A stretch of DNA of 64,000 nucleotides from Macrostomum lignano (Eukaryota), in the NCBI GenBank assembly GCA_002269645.1, contig NIVC01003333.1, positions 1 through 64,000 on the forward strand, written 5' to 3'. The position numbers were made by a program, and so were the translations under genes. The notes under the pieces were generated by a model that worked only from the letters and a program-made list of their open reading frames with translations, had not been told where the DNA came from and did no database searches. Below are positions 1 through 13,083 of the stretch, piece after piece; within the stretch, counting starts at the first letter, position 1; the number at the start of each line of letters is the position of its first letter.

Positions 1-602
1 TAATTTTGCTTGTTTCTACTTTCAATAGTGCCCAACGCTTTTTGAATCTTGTCTTCCGCTAGAAGTACTAATCTGCTTTTTCTGCTTTCAGGCTCGATCA
101 ATCGAAGTTTTAAATACATAGAATTGCAGGCAGTAGACCTGTCTCATGGATGATTTGATGCTCTCGGCAAAACCACTTTTAATTTGCTGATTTACCTGGG
201 CAGGTAGAATTAATTGAATTTATGGGATTTTGGGTGTTTTAATTGCAAACAGGAAAAACGTCGGGATGTTGGCAGGCTTCCGCCTTCCGTTTCTTCCCTG
301 TCTCCCTGCCTGCTTCAATATCCCCATCGTCTCGATCTTTTGCCAGAATATCCCTCATTTCCCGCCCGCCCGCTGAGCAGCAGAAACTGAAATTCGAGCT
401 CGCAGGCAGCTTGAGGAAGCACAGCTGCTCATCAATGCTCGCCTTGCAGACTCTGTCTCATCTCACCCATCTCACCATATTTCCACCCGTCTAATCTCGT
501 CTGATTTAATCTCATCCCTTTCAATCCGATTGCATCCATGCAGTTCTCCATTCTTACGTGGGACGGAGCTGCTCCTAGCTCCGGTGCAAATGTTTCTGAC
601 TC

Positions 603-780
603 GAGTTTGTGATGCTGTGAGTTTGTGATGCTGTGAGTTTGTGATGCTGTGAGTTTGTGATGCTGTGAGTTTGTGATGATGTGAGTCTGTGATGCTGTGA
701 GTTTGAGATGCTGTGAGTTTGAGATGATTTGAGTTTGAGATGCTGTGAGTCTGTGATGCTGTGAGTTTGAGATGATTTGA
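603..780. repeat. 16-bp minisatellite (GAGTTTGTGATGCTGT)
   Basis: About 11 direct copies with variants, read directly from the sequence. Confidence 0.95.
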
Positions 781-968
781 TCCCACCCCATTTTATATCA
801 CCCTATCTCATCCCACCCCATCTCATCCCCCCATCTCATCCCACCCCATCTCATCCCACCCCATCTCATCCCACCCCATCTCATCCCACCCCATCTCATC
901 CCACCCCATCTCATCCCACCCCATCTCATCCCACCCCATCTCATCCCACCCCATCTCATCCCACCCAT
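781..968. repeat. 15-bp minisatellite (ATCTCATCCCACCCC)
   Basis: About 11 near-perfect copies abutting the 16-mer array. Confidence 0.95.
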
Positions 969-1604
969 CTTTCCGAGCTTAGCCGAGGTCCCAGACTGCC
1001 TTGCGTTGCGATTTCATCCAATGCAGTTTTCTCTTCCGTTTGCAAAAGCCGTCTGCTTCTCCTCCTCTTCCTTGTCACTCCGGACTTTCTGCTTCTGCAA
1101 CAATCGGCAGCGCCCGCGCCTGCTAAAGCAAACTTGCGAAACGGGGGCTGAAACAAGCCCTAACCGCCGCTCTCCCTAACCTCCCACTCAGTACACTGCT
1201 GCAAGCATTCCCGGCTGTCACAGCCTCATTTCCCATCTCCCTCTCCTCCCTCAAACCGCCCCCTCCCCAAATTTTATTATTGATCGGTTTCAGCAGCGCG
1301 AAACAATGGGGGGAGCGCAGTGCCGATGCTGAGCTCCCGACCTTGCGCGCGCGTAGCAGTTCTGTGAGGCCGTGTGGGACAGAGCGGGGGTCTCCTATGG
1401 GAGGCTTAGCGAAGACAGACGGAGAGGCGGCGTGTCAGACAGACAGTGAGTGTCAAGAGAGACTGAGAGCACAGGCTGACGGCACCGGCCTTCTCATTGC
1501 GGCCGTCTCAGTGCTGGATGGGGAATTCTGCATGCATGCAGCTGGTAGGAAAAGCGAGTCACTTTGCACTCTGCCCTGAAGGCATCCACCGACGTTTTGC
1601 GCCC

Positions 1605-2010
1605 TTTGCACAGTTCTTGGCGCCCCTTGCACGGTTCTTGGAGCTCCTTGCACGGTTCTTGGCGCCCCTTGCACGGTTCTTGGAGCTCCTTGCACGGTTC
1701 TTGCGCCCCTTGCACGGTTCTTGGAGCTCCTTGCACGGTTCTTGGAGCTCCTTGCACGGTTCTTGGAGCTCCTTGCACGGTTCTTGGAGCTCCTTGCACG
1801 GTTCTTGGAGCTCCTTGCACGGTTCTTGGAGCTCCTTGCACGGTTCTTGGAGCTCCTTGCACGGTTCTTGGCGCCCCTTGCACGGTTCTTGGCACCCCTT
1901 GCACAGTTCTTGGCGCGGCGCTCTTTGCATGGTTCTTGGCGCCCCTTGCAGGGTTCTTGGCGCCCCTTGCATAGTTCTTGGCGCCCCTTGCACGGTTTTT
2001 AGCGCCCCTT
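1605..2010. repeat. 21-bp minisatellite (CCTTGCACGGTTCTTGGAGCT / ...GGCGCC)
   Basis: About 19 tandem copies in two variant types; explains the overlapping repetitive ORFs in all frames. Confidence 0.95.
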
Positions 2011-3866
2011 GCCTGCTTGCTTGTGAATTGCAGATCCTTTTCAATGGTAAGAATTACAGTAGTGAGTCGCGAGCTTTTTTTGCGGCTTCAATTTTCTTCT
2101 TATCCGTCTCCCCCTTCCCCCTGTCATTCAAGTCAAGACTGTTCCGCAGCACCTGCTGCTACTCTTTGCTGAGCTAATTTGAAGCATGCATTTTGTTTTT
2201 TTGTGACTACGTAATAACAGACTGGAGCTTGAGGTTGAGCCCGAGTGCCGCTAGAGGGAGGTGCGTTTTACCTGCGTGGCCTAGGCGGCTGCATCAGGTG
2301 CCCCCCCCCCCCTATCTCTCATTCTCTCTTCCCTTTTTTCATTCCTCACTGCTTTGCTCAGATTAGCCTATAGCGAGGTCCTCAGCTTCCCAGCTACCCC
2401 CATTGTTCTGCCTCCGTTTCGGCTGCTTCAAGCTGCTGCTGCTGCTGCTGCGGATGCGACTGCAGCGGCAGAGTGGAACTGCTTGACTGATTTGAAGGCA
2501 GCCGCAACAGCCGGAGCGCTTGCAGCTGGATTGTGAGACTGTCTCCGCATAGCATTTGCACATTAGGGGGAAAATTGAGCAGGTGCTGACTTGCCACAGT
2601 TCTGTCCCTGCTCTGGCCTCTGTTCCTTTCCCTCTCCTCAGCCTCTTGTTCACGGGAAACAGGGGAACACGCGGACTGAAGGGAAGGGATGAGACCGACT
2701 CATGCAGGCCTCCTAGTCAGCCTACCTCAGCCTCAACTCTGCCTTATTTTTCTCCATCCCTCTCTCTATTCCATTTCATCCTTTAAAAATGCTTCCCTTT
2801 CAATGCCCGGAACACGGGACTCGCCCACTTTTTCTCTTCACAAAACTCAATGACGCGCAGAGCAGGAGGCAGGGAGAGGGAGGGGTTGCAAATATCGATC
2901 GATTCCGTCTAGAACCCACCGCCATGCGAGGGCAGCGTAGCGCGCTGAAGTCGCGCTGTGCCCGTGTGCTCTGTTGGGACTGCATCCCTGGCAGCGCAAT
3001 ACTGCTTTGACAGTTGTTGCTTTTCAGACTTGGGAAGCTGGATTGTAGCTCTCCTTCCGCCCCTGTTCTGCAACCAGGTACACTTACCAGCTCAGGTGTC
3101 ACAGGTGTCGCGAAGTGGGTGCAAACTTATGAAACTTTTAAATCCCAACAAATTTCATTATTGTAATCTTGCAATTGTAAAAACAGCAACAACTCAACTC
3201 CGAGCTGAAGTGAATGGGTTTTACAAATGATATTATAAGCATTGGAATTTGTTATGCAGAGCTGATCATTCATGCTTTGTTCAGTTGACGCAGTGCCGAA
3301 AGCCTTGCGAATTGGTTTGCGAAACTACAAGTACTAAATCGCGCTGACGTACATGTATAAGATATTCCATGGGTTTGAGATCGGTATGAGATTAAATTAG
3401 GTACAAATCGCTTGCAGTTAAACTGATGCTGCGAATTTAGAGCGACAATATATACTGCCTTTGATCCCATAGACAAAATGACTGCATGGCTACCAAAGCA
3501 TCAGGCCAAGAAGACTGGCAGTGCTTCCTCCCTAACAGTGCCATTCTCCATCTGCTCTCACATTCCAGTTCCTATCTCCGCTTTGACAATGGGGGCCTCA
3601 GGGAAGGCAAGCCTTCAGAGCAAATAACTGCAGGCGCGGCGCTAAGTGGGCTGGGCTAGCTGGCGCCTGCACGTTGACATTCAGAGAGGATTTTGAGCGC
3701 GCACTACCCCCTACATTGCTCTCCCACGTCCGCGCAGACCTAGTCATCCTTCTCATCCCCACTCCCCTGCCTTCACTCTCTTTACCTGCGCCAAAAGCCT
3801 TGGCCACACCTGGCCTCCCTACCCACTATTGCGTGTGCGATGCCCCGTTCCCCTTTCCCTCCCTCC

Positions 3867-4150
3867 CACGTCATCGCCCCATGGCCTTCGTCTACGCATT
3901 GAGAATAGGGGAATTGGAGAACACCTGGACGAGCCTCATTGGCTGGGGACCCTTCAAAGCAATTCCTCCTCTAAATACTGTATGGGGAGGGTTTGTGCGC
4001 GCAGGGGGTCCCAGGCTCCTCTATATAACTAAAGGGAATAATGGCCCGAGAAGAGAGAGGCATGTGAGCTGGCCCTGTGTTCACTGGTTGGTGAGTCGCG
4101 CTCTAACATTGCTTAGAGTTCACACACGCTCAGAGTTCAGCTCGGTAAGT
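3867..4150 (+). promoter_or_regulatory. Putative Pol II promoter plus non-coding first exon
   Basis: CRE/ATF-like CACGTCA 3867-3873, inverted CCAAT (ATTGG) 3938-3942, TATATAA 4022-4028, consensus donor G|GTAAGT at 4145-4150. Downstream exons not identified. Confidence 0.45.
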
Positions 4151-4961
4151 AGTTTATCCGGCAACTGCGCCCTTTATCACCCCAATACTGAACCGGGCCT
4201 CAATCCGACCTGGAAGACTAGTGATTTGTTGTCCCGATTGTAGGCGTTCGCTTGCCAGCAGCCGCAGCCTCTAGGCTTGTTGCTCCGGGTTCCAGTGGCT
4301 CTGGCAAGCGTGACTCGCCTGACAACCTATCACTGGCTTCCACGTCTGAGACCTCTGCTCATCGAACTTGCATTGTCTTTCTTTATTCGCTCCGAGCAGT
4401 TACAATGATGTTGCCTGCCATCCGAAACAAGGGTCTGTTTGTTGTATTGCTTTTAGGAAAAAATTTACATGGTTTCAGTTCACTCCCTTATTTAAATCTT
4501 CATAAACGTTGTGCTGCATCTGAGCTGCATACCCACGCTATGCAGTATTGAAATATACAGAAAGCGAAATTAATCGCGAATAAACGTGTTTTATGATTTC
4601 ATGACGTTCACAAGCTCTGCCTTCCCCGTTCTTTGCATGCTATAGTCGGGTTGGTGCTTCAGTTGTACGCGTAGCTCGTAAATGTGTATAAAGTTAACAA
4701 TCCGAAATGCTGAATTTCAAGTAAAATACGGCATTGTTTTATTTGTATGTCTACTGCCAGTAGAATAACAGGAGTTTCGTACAAAGAAATCAAACACAAA
4801 CATTTTGCATGCAAGCAATATCTTTCACAAATACTCGTAAAGTAAGTCTTGGATAGTATATATAGTATGCTTACATTATGAAGTTGTAAATGTAGGGACA
4901 GTTTTCTGACTGACAGCAAGCGAATTTTGACGTGTGCGCAGAAAAAAGGCACATGCAAGGA

Positions 4962-5208
4962 CAGGGGCGTCGCGCACATGGATTTTATGGTGGGGGGACA
5001 AGCCAAGAATTTTACATATACATGTACAATACTTTGAGAATGTGTTTTCAGCGCTCATTTTTGCGCCGCAGGCACTCACTTTGGTGTCGCAGCCACTAAT
5101 TTTGGCGCCCGCGGTGAGGGAAGACAAAGCATTGGCATGCCCCCCATATAGCTTCTACTGGGAGGGGGCACATGACCCCCCTGGCTCCCCCCTGTGGCGA
5201 CGTCCCTG
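4962..5208. mobile_element. Possible short MITE-like element
   Basis: CAGGGGCGTCGC (4962-4973) and GCGACGTCCCTG (5197-5208) form an 11/12 inverted repeat; no clear target-site duplication. Confidence 0.4.
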
Positions 5209-5454
5209 TGTGCTTTGAGTTTCATTTTCATATTTTTTTGTTTTATTTCATAAGCCTAATAAGCAAAAGTTGTAAATACGAGCCTCAGTGAGCTTCTTGT
5301 TTTGTTCCTAAATCAAAGTACGAGCAATATTTGTACAAAAAAATATTGCATGCAGGCACTCTTAGCTTTAAGCAAGGCCTTAGCTTAAAAATGATAGCTT
5401 TTCAAAGACTAGGTCAACAACAATATGAAAAATATGAGCGTAATATTGGTAAGC

Positions 5455-5790
5455 ATTGCTGCCACCCCTGGTGCTGCGGCCCCTGGTGCTGCCACCCCTG
5501 GTGCTGCGGCCCTAGTGCTGCCACCACTGGTGCTGCCACCCCTGGTGCTGCGGCCCTGGTGCTGCCACCACTGGTGCTGCCACCCCTGGTGCTGCGGCCC
5601 CTGGTGCTGCGGCCCTAGTGCTGCCACCCCTGGTGCTGCGGCCCCTGGTGCTGCCACCCCTGGTGCTGCGGCCCCTGGTGCTGCCACCCCTGGTGCTGCC
5701 ACCCCTGGTGCTGCGGCCCTAGTGCTGCTGCCCCTGGTGCTGCTGCGCTGGTGCTGCGGCCCTAGTGCTGCCACCCCTGGTGCTGGCACC
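5455..5790. repeat. GC-rich 15-bp-based minisatellite (CCTGGTGCTGCCACC / CCTGGTGCTGCGGCC)
   Basis: Alternating 15-nt variants with occasional indels. Confidence 0.9.
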
Positions 5791-7112
5791 CACTTATTGA
5801 ACAGTCTATTTGTCGGGAGCTTCAATTTTCCACTTTTTCATGCCTACTGTCAGTAGAAGGCATGGTTGGTGGCTAAATTAAATTAAACACCCCAGACGGC
5901 AATTTTATCAATAGTCAGTTTCAAACTTCGCCCAGTGGACAATGCGTGAGGTTTTGTGTTTCTATATTTTTTGTTAATCATTGATTCAATTTTTTCTCGC
6001 AAGCGAAAAGCAAAAAAAATATGCCAGCGAAAAAATAGGCGAGCCAGTCTGTGAGAAATGGCCGGAAAGCCGGAGCGAATTGCAATTGGATTTGTGCCTT
6101 GGCAGCAGCACAGATATTCACAATAATATACGTCAGTATGCGCAGCAACAACATGCATGCATTGTACAGGTGCTGTATCAGAAGATGGATTTATCAGACA
6201 GAAAATAGCTGGGACTGAACAGGGAACTGCTGGTGATACGTATTAAATACACATCAGTAAATAACTTCTGGCTGTTACAGTAAGCACTGGGCAATGCAGC
6301 TTTCTATTACAGTAAAAATACAAGACAGACAATGTAGATGCTGATCTGATATCGTTAATTTACACTGATTTATCGTGCACGAGGCTGGCATTGGAGAAGT
6401 TAAAAGATTCACTAAAAACTAAATTATCATATAAGCTTACAATACGCAGAACAAATGGAGCTCATAGCCTGGACTTTATCCATTGATTTTTTGAATAAAT
6501 AAATGGTGCAATAATGGGGTCACTACTCAGAAATATGCTATGAAACGGATAACAGTGCCAACTGGCAACAAGTTCTCAGGCTGGGGGCTGGCGGGCCATC
6601 ACTCCGATTGCAACTCGCGCCGGGGCTCTGCAGGGACCGGCAGAATTGGGAGAAATTCGAAAAATTAATAAAGAAAAACTCGCAGGGAACATGAGACAAC
6701 TGCTGGGTTGCTATGGAAACAACAATTATTACACACCAATAAGCTTGCTGTAAAAATAAACAGAGGATGTAAGAATGGTAGCCGAGTATAACTAGTTAAT
6801 TATTAATTAATTAATATTAGTATTTGCTATTGCTATTGGGCTGCCTGAATAAAAACCAACAAACTTGATAGACAGACTGCAAGTGAACTTGAATTTAATT
6901 TAGTTTTAAGTCCCATTTCAATCTAAAATATTTCATGCCAAACTTGATGCGAGGCCCCAAAGTTCAGAGAAATTTAGTCAATTTATAAATTGTTAATAAA
7001 TAAAAATAGTTTGGTAAATACTAATGCATAAACCTCAGGATGTTAAACAAAATAAGAATTTCCATAAGTTCAAAATTCAGTAATTTGAATTGACAAATAA
7101 CAACAATATTCG

Positions 7113-7937
7113 CTAGGCGAATGAAAAGCACTCGGGCCCAGTGTTGGCAAAGCCAAAACCGAAGCCGAAAGCAGAAGCCGATGAGGCAGCGGTGGAGGCT
7201 GAGACCACCTGTTGGCGGCAGCTCCAGGCCGACATGGTCAGGTCAACGAACGAAGCTTGCAGGCTGCGCAGCTCCGCAGTCGGGGGAGTCGCCGAGTCCT
7301 CCGGTGCGTCGCCCTCGTCCTCCTCAGATGACAGGCTCTGGCGGGTCCGCTTGGGGCGCGGGCGGGCCGGCTGCTTCCGCTTGCGGGACGGCGTCGGCGG
7401 CTGCTGCGGCTCCGGCGGCTCATCGAGGTCCTGGATGGAAAGCTCCACGGAGGACAGCACGATGGCGTCTGCGCTGGCACTCAGCGCGTCGTCCTCGTTG
7501 TTGTCGTTGACGCTTTTGACTTCCTCCTCGACTTTACTGACGACGTCAACCGGGCAGTAGCCGAAAGCAGACTGTGGCTCTGCTAGAGGCAGCTCGGGCT
7601 CTTCTGCAACTTGCGACTGCGGCTGCTGGGGCAGTCGGGTTGGTGCACCGCCGCAGTATCCGGTGGGTGGCTGCATCTGCGGTCGGGTCTCGAGGAACTC
7701 CAGGGCTCGTTCGTGCAGAATGCCAGCCCTCGCTTTGCCCATCGCGCTGGCAATAAGCAGGGTTCTGCGTAAGTCGCCCTGCTGCTTGCGCCGCCGCTGC
7801 CCAGTTGAAGTTGTCGTTGAAAGCTTTTCGATAGACCACTGAAGGATTTTGCTGTAGGCCGGACGCTCCTCTTCAGTGTCCGCTGCCGGGTCGTCAATAA
7901 AATGCGAATGTTGCTGCTGTATGCTGCTGCTGTACAT
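7113..7937 (-). CDS. Intronless 274-aa IER/SERTA-like nuclear protein
   Basis: GC-rich ATG-initiated ORF in AT-rich flanks. N-terminal KILQWSIEKL...GDLRRTLLIASAMGKARAGIL resembles the SERTA (ILxxSLxKL...LRRSVLIxN) and IER N-terminal motifs. Basic NLS-like RKRKQPARPRPKR, acidic/proline-rich middle. TATA upstream and AU-rich elements downstream. Confidence 0.8.
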   Translation of the reverse strand: MYSSSIQQQHSHFIDDPAADTEEERPAYSKILQWSIEKLSTTTSTGQRRRKQQGDLRRTLLIASAMGKARAGILHERALEFLETRPQMQPPTGYCGGAPTRLPQQPQSQVAEEPELPLAEPQSAFGYCPVDVVSKVEEEVKSVNDNNEDDALSASADAIVLSSVELSIQDLDEPPEPQQPPTPSRKRKQPARPRPKRTRQSLSSEEDEGDAPEDSATPPTAELRSLQASFVDLTMSAWSCRQQVVSASTAASSASAFGFGFGFANTGPECFSFA

Positions 7938-8140
7938 TGCTGCTGACGACTGAGAAATTTACACATGCGATGCCGATGAATTTGTACAGGAATTGAAGCT
8001 TGAATGAAAGTTGAAGCCGTGTTTTTGCTGTTTTTTTTGTTTTTTTTACAAATGACCGGGCGTTAAGCCCTGGGTTTCGCTTCGCCCGCTGAACGCGCTG
8101 GCTTAATGTGTGGGGTTGGGCTTGAGAGAAAGACCGAAGT

Positions 8141-8271
8141 CGTCAAGCCTTATCTAGCTTTATACCCTCACACGCTAATGCTTTCTAGTGGGGGGGGGCT
8201 GTGGGGCAGAGTTTCAGGGTCTCTATTGGCTGTTCTATTTTTAGCCCAGCTGCTCCGCTCTGCTAACGTCA
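8141..8271 (-). promoter_or_regulatory. Proximal promoter of the IER/SERTA-like gene
   Basis: On the minus strand: TATAAA 8159-8164, CCAAT near 8225-8229, perfect MEF2 site CTAAAAATAG 8235-8244, CRE-like TGACGTTA 8264-8271, half-CRE TGACG 8141-8145. Confidence 0.6.
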
Positions 8272-10034
8272 GCCCGCGGCCTTCTATGTTTTTCCCACCA
8301 CAGACTGCTGCTGTTAGGCTTGAGTGGGCCAAGGGGGTATGGAGTCTTCGATTTTCTAGCCCGCACGCCCCACCCCTCTCCTCGCGGCCGGGGGTCCAAT
8401 GTACATTTACTGCGTACACTTTATTACATATCAGAGGGTAGGATTTCCTCGCTCACAACTGGCAGACGGGCATAAACTGGGGCATAGAAAACTTCTAAGC
8501 CCGGCCCCTCAGCCATCTAAGCAAAACTAGCTCTCGCTTTGGTGTACATTTCACTCAGTAGGAAAGACGACCGCTCCTAGCAACTCGCTACACAAAGGCA
8601 GGCAACAAACATTCACAGCATCACCAAGCCTTTTCTATTAAGAGACCCACCCATATGTGCGTCATTATGAGCCTTTGGTTTGAGTCTAATTATTGGTGGA
8701 CTAGAGAGCCTGCATCAGGACAATGATTATGATTCTGGCTGGTTGGAATGAGTCGCGTTCATACCAGTATTCAAATCCCTTCACTTCTTCCCAGCCCCGT
8801 CACTAATTAAGCATTCCAGTATCTCATTATATTCTAGCCAAGCAGAGAAGAGAACTACATCTTTCTTAGGTAGCTAGTGCCTTCCTAATCTGATGGAAAA
8901 TCGATTAATCACCGCTTGATAAATTTCGAATTCTCGCTGTCCTGTCTGTCCTTAGCATTTTCTAGGACTTCGGCTTTTGTTACGAGTAGATAAGAATTAT
9001 CGCTCAGGGCTTCGGCTTTGAGTGGGTAACGAACTCAGATCCACCGTTATATTTATTTAGGATAAGCGACAAAGCAAGGGATCGAATTCGCTTAATTCGC
9101 TGAATTCAGATTCTTATCTGATTCACTAGTATGGAGTATGAGAATTAAATCTATGCGCGCTCGTACTTGCGTTTGAACTTCGTACTGCACAGCCAATAGG
9201 CATAGAAAATATATACTGTTTAACCGATGGACCAAGGAAGCTCAGTGCTAGTGTACTATCAGATCTCAGCAACTAAATCCGATCCATTCGAGCAACCAAC
9301 CAGGCAAGCAACTCGCGGAAACCTGACCTACATCCCATCCAATTTCTAAGAAAATCTTGTTTCTAAGAAAACCGTTCGACACGCAAGTCACTTTTTCATA
9401 TTCTCAAAGGACAAAACCTTTCTGACAACCCCTGATGCCCTTCTTGACACCCTTGAAACCTATATGGAACTGGCTGTGGCATTCCTGGAAATAACCATAA
9501 AGTTATTACTAGAATGGAGAGCAGAAACTTCTTCAGTCAGCGCTTCCGCAATGAGTTTGCGAGTCAAGCTTGCAGTCACACTACTACACGGTCCCCAATT
9601 CACTGAGGACACATTTCTTGAAATCCACAACCCACAAGCAGTTGCGAGACCATGACGAAAGCTTAGAATGCATTATATTTAGAATAAGCAACAACTGCAA
9701 GCAGATCGGGTTGGCTTAACGTACAGAACTTGTTATTGCAGCGCCTTTTGCACAGCTCAGCATAATAAGAACTGCAAACTCGGTACTTGATATCGCTGAC
9801 TGCGCACTGCGGACTGCTTTCCATTCTGCAGAGCCTTACTGTGGAGCTGTCTCGTGAGAAAACAAGTGCCGCTCCAGGCCAACTACTCACTCATTTATCT
9901 ATAAATACAGATGATTCTTCATCACTTGGGTGGGGTCGTTTTCACAGCCCCAAATTTCAGTCAAGTCGCATGAGGGGAGCCTTCAAGTCACTTGAAGAGA
10001 TTTTCTTATGGGCAAAATTCTAAAATAAATATTT

Positions 10035-10278
10035 ACTGTGAAGATTTGGGATTGTGAAAATTTGGGATTGTGAAGATTGGTGATTGTGAAGATTGGGGAT
10101 TGTGAAGATTGGTGATTGTGAAGGTTTGTTGTGAAGATTGGGAATTGTGAAGATTGGGGATTGTGAATGTGAAGATTGGGATTGTGAAGATTGGGGATTG
10201 TGAAGATTGGGGATTGTGAAGATTGGTGATTGTGAAGATTGGGGATTGTGAAGATTGGCGATTGTGAAGATTGGGGAA
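10035..10278. repeat. ~16-bp minisatellite (GATTGTGAAGATTGGG)
   Basis: About 15 copies with variants. Confidence 0.9.
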
Positions 10279-10365
10279 AATATCGTGCGCGGTCCGAATA
10301 TTCGGATCCCCAATTTAGTGCTGATGAGAATTGTTAGCTTTTATAAACAAGAAGCAAGAAACTCT

Positions 10366-10432
10366 GGGTCAGCTGACCTGAAGGCCATGGGGCAGTTCAG
10401 TGGGCTGTCTGGTGTGTAATTTCTATTTTTAG
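10366..10432. promoter_or_regulatory. Candidate enhancer motif cluster
   Basis: GGGTCAGCTGACCT 10366-10379 (inverted nuclear-receptor half sites around an E-box) and perfect MEF2 CTATTTTTAG 10423-10432. Motif match only. Confidence 0.3.
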
Positions 10433-11369
10433 CGCACCCAGCAGCCCGTCCCAGTTAGCAGTCACCCTTGCAATGGAAAATTCCACTGTCTATAACATTC
10501 GCAACGCACATCAGATTTCTTCCCAACCTTCACATGTCAGGCATCAATTCGCTGGACCCAGATCGCCTTTTCAAATCCATCTGCACACTCGTACTGTTTC
10601 AATCTATAAAAATTACCTGGGAGCGATATCCAATTGGAAGGCGCTATTTTTGCTTTTGCTTTGACCTTGTTGTCAAATTAAAATTCTACTTGGCGTCTTG
10701 GCCTGACTAAGCTGGTATGACTGCTAGAACTTAGAAGCATTGTATTAGAAGGCACCTAAACGCAGAGCCGCTCTCTCGCAGACCAAATTAGCTCTGGCTA
10801 AGTAGAAGTAGAAGTTAGGTCTGTTTTTCGGGGCGCGGCTCCGCCCCAGTTCGAACCCTGGACAACTTGTACATAGCCTGGGCCTTTAACCAGCCTGTCA
10901 ATGCCTGACCAGATGAAAGTGTACAGCGCCTAATTAGTACACGTCGAAAAGTTTTGATAACAAAATAGCTGAAAATTCTATTTTGATTGCTTTTCTTGCA
11001 CGGCAAGAGTTTCGATATTTGCAGGTGCTTTGCATGCTGTGCTTGTACGACTCGTAGAACTCGTGGCAGATGATTAGTTTGCCTGCACCCCAGCAAAGTA
11101 AACATTTTTATATCTGTAGTTCATTGTCAATGCGCGATCACTTTCTAAAGGTTACTTCAACGAGCCACAGCAGCACCTTCCACTACTGTCTACTTGAACA
11201 GCTTTATGAATCGTTATTAATCTTGTATAGCAGCATGACTGCTTCAAAGACTTCCAACGGTAAACGCCCCATCAATTTTTGAACATGCTAGAGGCTAGAG
11301 CACATTGGATAGGCCGACTCAACTCTGCGGGATAAGAAAGTCCCCAGTGAGTCATATCGCAACTGCTGA

Positions 11370-11590
11370 AAATAGAAGAGAACACAGACAAGCTCAACCC
11401 CGCGACTGGGTCTTTGTTCGCAGATCGCAGTTATCACAGAGAAAAGAAATTCGATTGTTATGCAATCCCGCAGGATTTGGCACCAATTTCAGCGACCCGG
11501 CGATGGGTTATAGGGCGTATAGGGGAGTTGAAACTCAATGCCAATGGCAAACAAAGACAGGCCACACCAGAGCAGCACAAAGATCTTAGT
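11370..11590 (+). mobile_element. Possible Gypsy integrase C-terminal (GPY/F) relic
   Basis: Fragments RREHRQAQPRDWVFVRR and WVIGRIGELKL in different frames loosely resemble the GDxVxV and VIxRIGxVAYKL motifs. Weak. Confidence 0.25.
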
Positions 11591-13083
11591 CCCGGCTTCT
11601 CCTATGCCCTGGCCGTGGCAATCTTTGTTTGAATGAAGTGGCCCATGCCACGCGACGCGACCCCCCGTTAGCCTGTGAGTCATCCTTAGGGCCCAGCACG
11701 TAACCCGGCCCACTCGAGCGGCTGTCCCACCAGGGACCGGGAATCTCCGAATCGGGGGTTTTCCAATTGGATGTGACTGATCCTACTGCTTAATAACGAT
11801 TCTCTCCGGTCGATGACTCAGCCTCAGCTTTAATTCTTTCTTATCAATAGTCAGTCAAGACTTTTTATACATTGCTAGACAGTGCGCAGTATTTGCTAGT
11901 ATAATGAAAACTGAATGCCAGTGATGGAGGCAGTGGCGTGGGACCCACCACAGTGATTAGTGAACTAAAACCACAACAGCGGAAAGATGGGTACTTCTTA
12001 TTTCTTTTGTAAGTAAGCATATTTAGAATTGCATCGCATCGCACGATTTGCATCGCACGCTCACAAGTTCTCACTGCTGCGAACAGTCCTGGTTTTACTT
12101 GAGAGCAGCGGCTTTGCTACTGCGGCTGGCTAAAAAACCAGAATAGCTGCTGCAAATGTAATCAAAAGCAACCATTTTTGTGGGAGCAATCTCGTTTTAG
12201 CAATTTTTTGGCTTTTACTGTAGATTGACGAGCAAACGTTTGGACATCTGGATGAAAAGGGAGAAGAGGGAAGGAGGGAGGAGAGGACTCGTCCGGAGCA
12301 GAGTGCAGTCCCCAAGGGGACACCTCTTCGGGCGGTACGGCACTGGAAGCGGAGATCGAGCTCAACCGAGAACGCATCGGTCGGTAGGCGGACGAGGCAC
12401 CAGTAGAATGCTGTCGACAGAAGACAGATTTAAAAAGAATTACTGCGCAGAGACAAAACTGCTTTCGATTGCAACCAGTAAAATTCAAATAGCCAAGTCC
12501 GAACCCCTGGTTCGAAGTTAATTAGCATGCTAGCGACTTCTACTACATGAAAATGTATTCCTGCAGCGCCCGATCATTTTTGACAGTTTGCCCGAGTTAC
12601 GGCAAGCAAAAGAATACTAAACAGAACAGCGCCGCAACCTTCTATAGTGCTTTCTGCCAGTCAGAGGCCAGAGGCGGTAGAGACAGGCTGGCTGGGGCAG
12701 ACAGGCAGATCGGCACTGAGTGGCAGATTGAACGACCTCGCCACCCCGTCCTCCCTTGACGACCGCCCGACACAGGAAGCTGCGCCATCTCAGCTCCCCT
12801 ACCTGTGCAAATAATGCTGACAGGAATAATGAAGTCTTATTCATGAAGAGCTTGCGTACAGATAAGAAAAAGGCTGCGATAAGACTGCTCTCGCGCACAG
12901 AGCAATGGCAAATCTGGGGATCAGCTGACTCGCTTCAGGCAGCCAAGCCGAGCTCCCACATGAAGCGGGACAGGAGAGGGAGGGAGACAGCTGGAAAGAA
13001 AAATTCTAAGCACGAGCTCTCACTCTCAAGCCATGGCGTGCTCAGCTCCCAATGCTCCCCTGTCCCAACAGGCTTATCGACTT

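Noticed and set aside
10321-10360. Other CTGATGA hammerhead-like seeds (10321, ~40912, ~57198)
   Set aside because: No stem II followed by GAAA.
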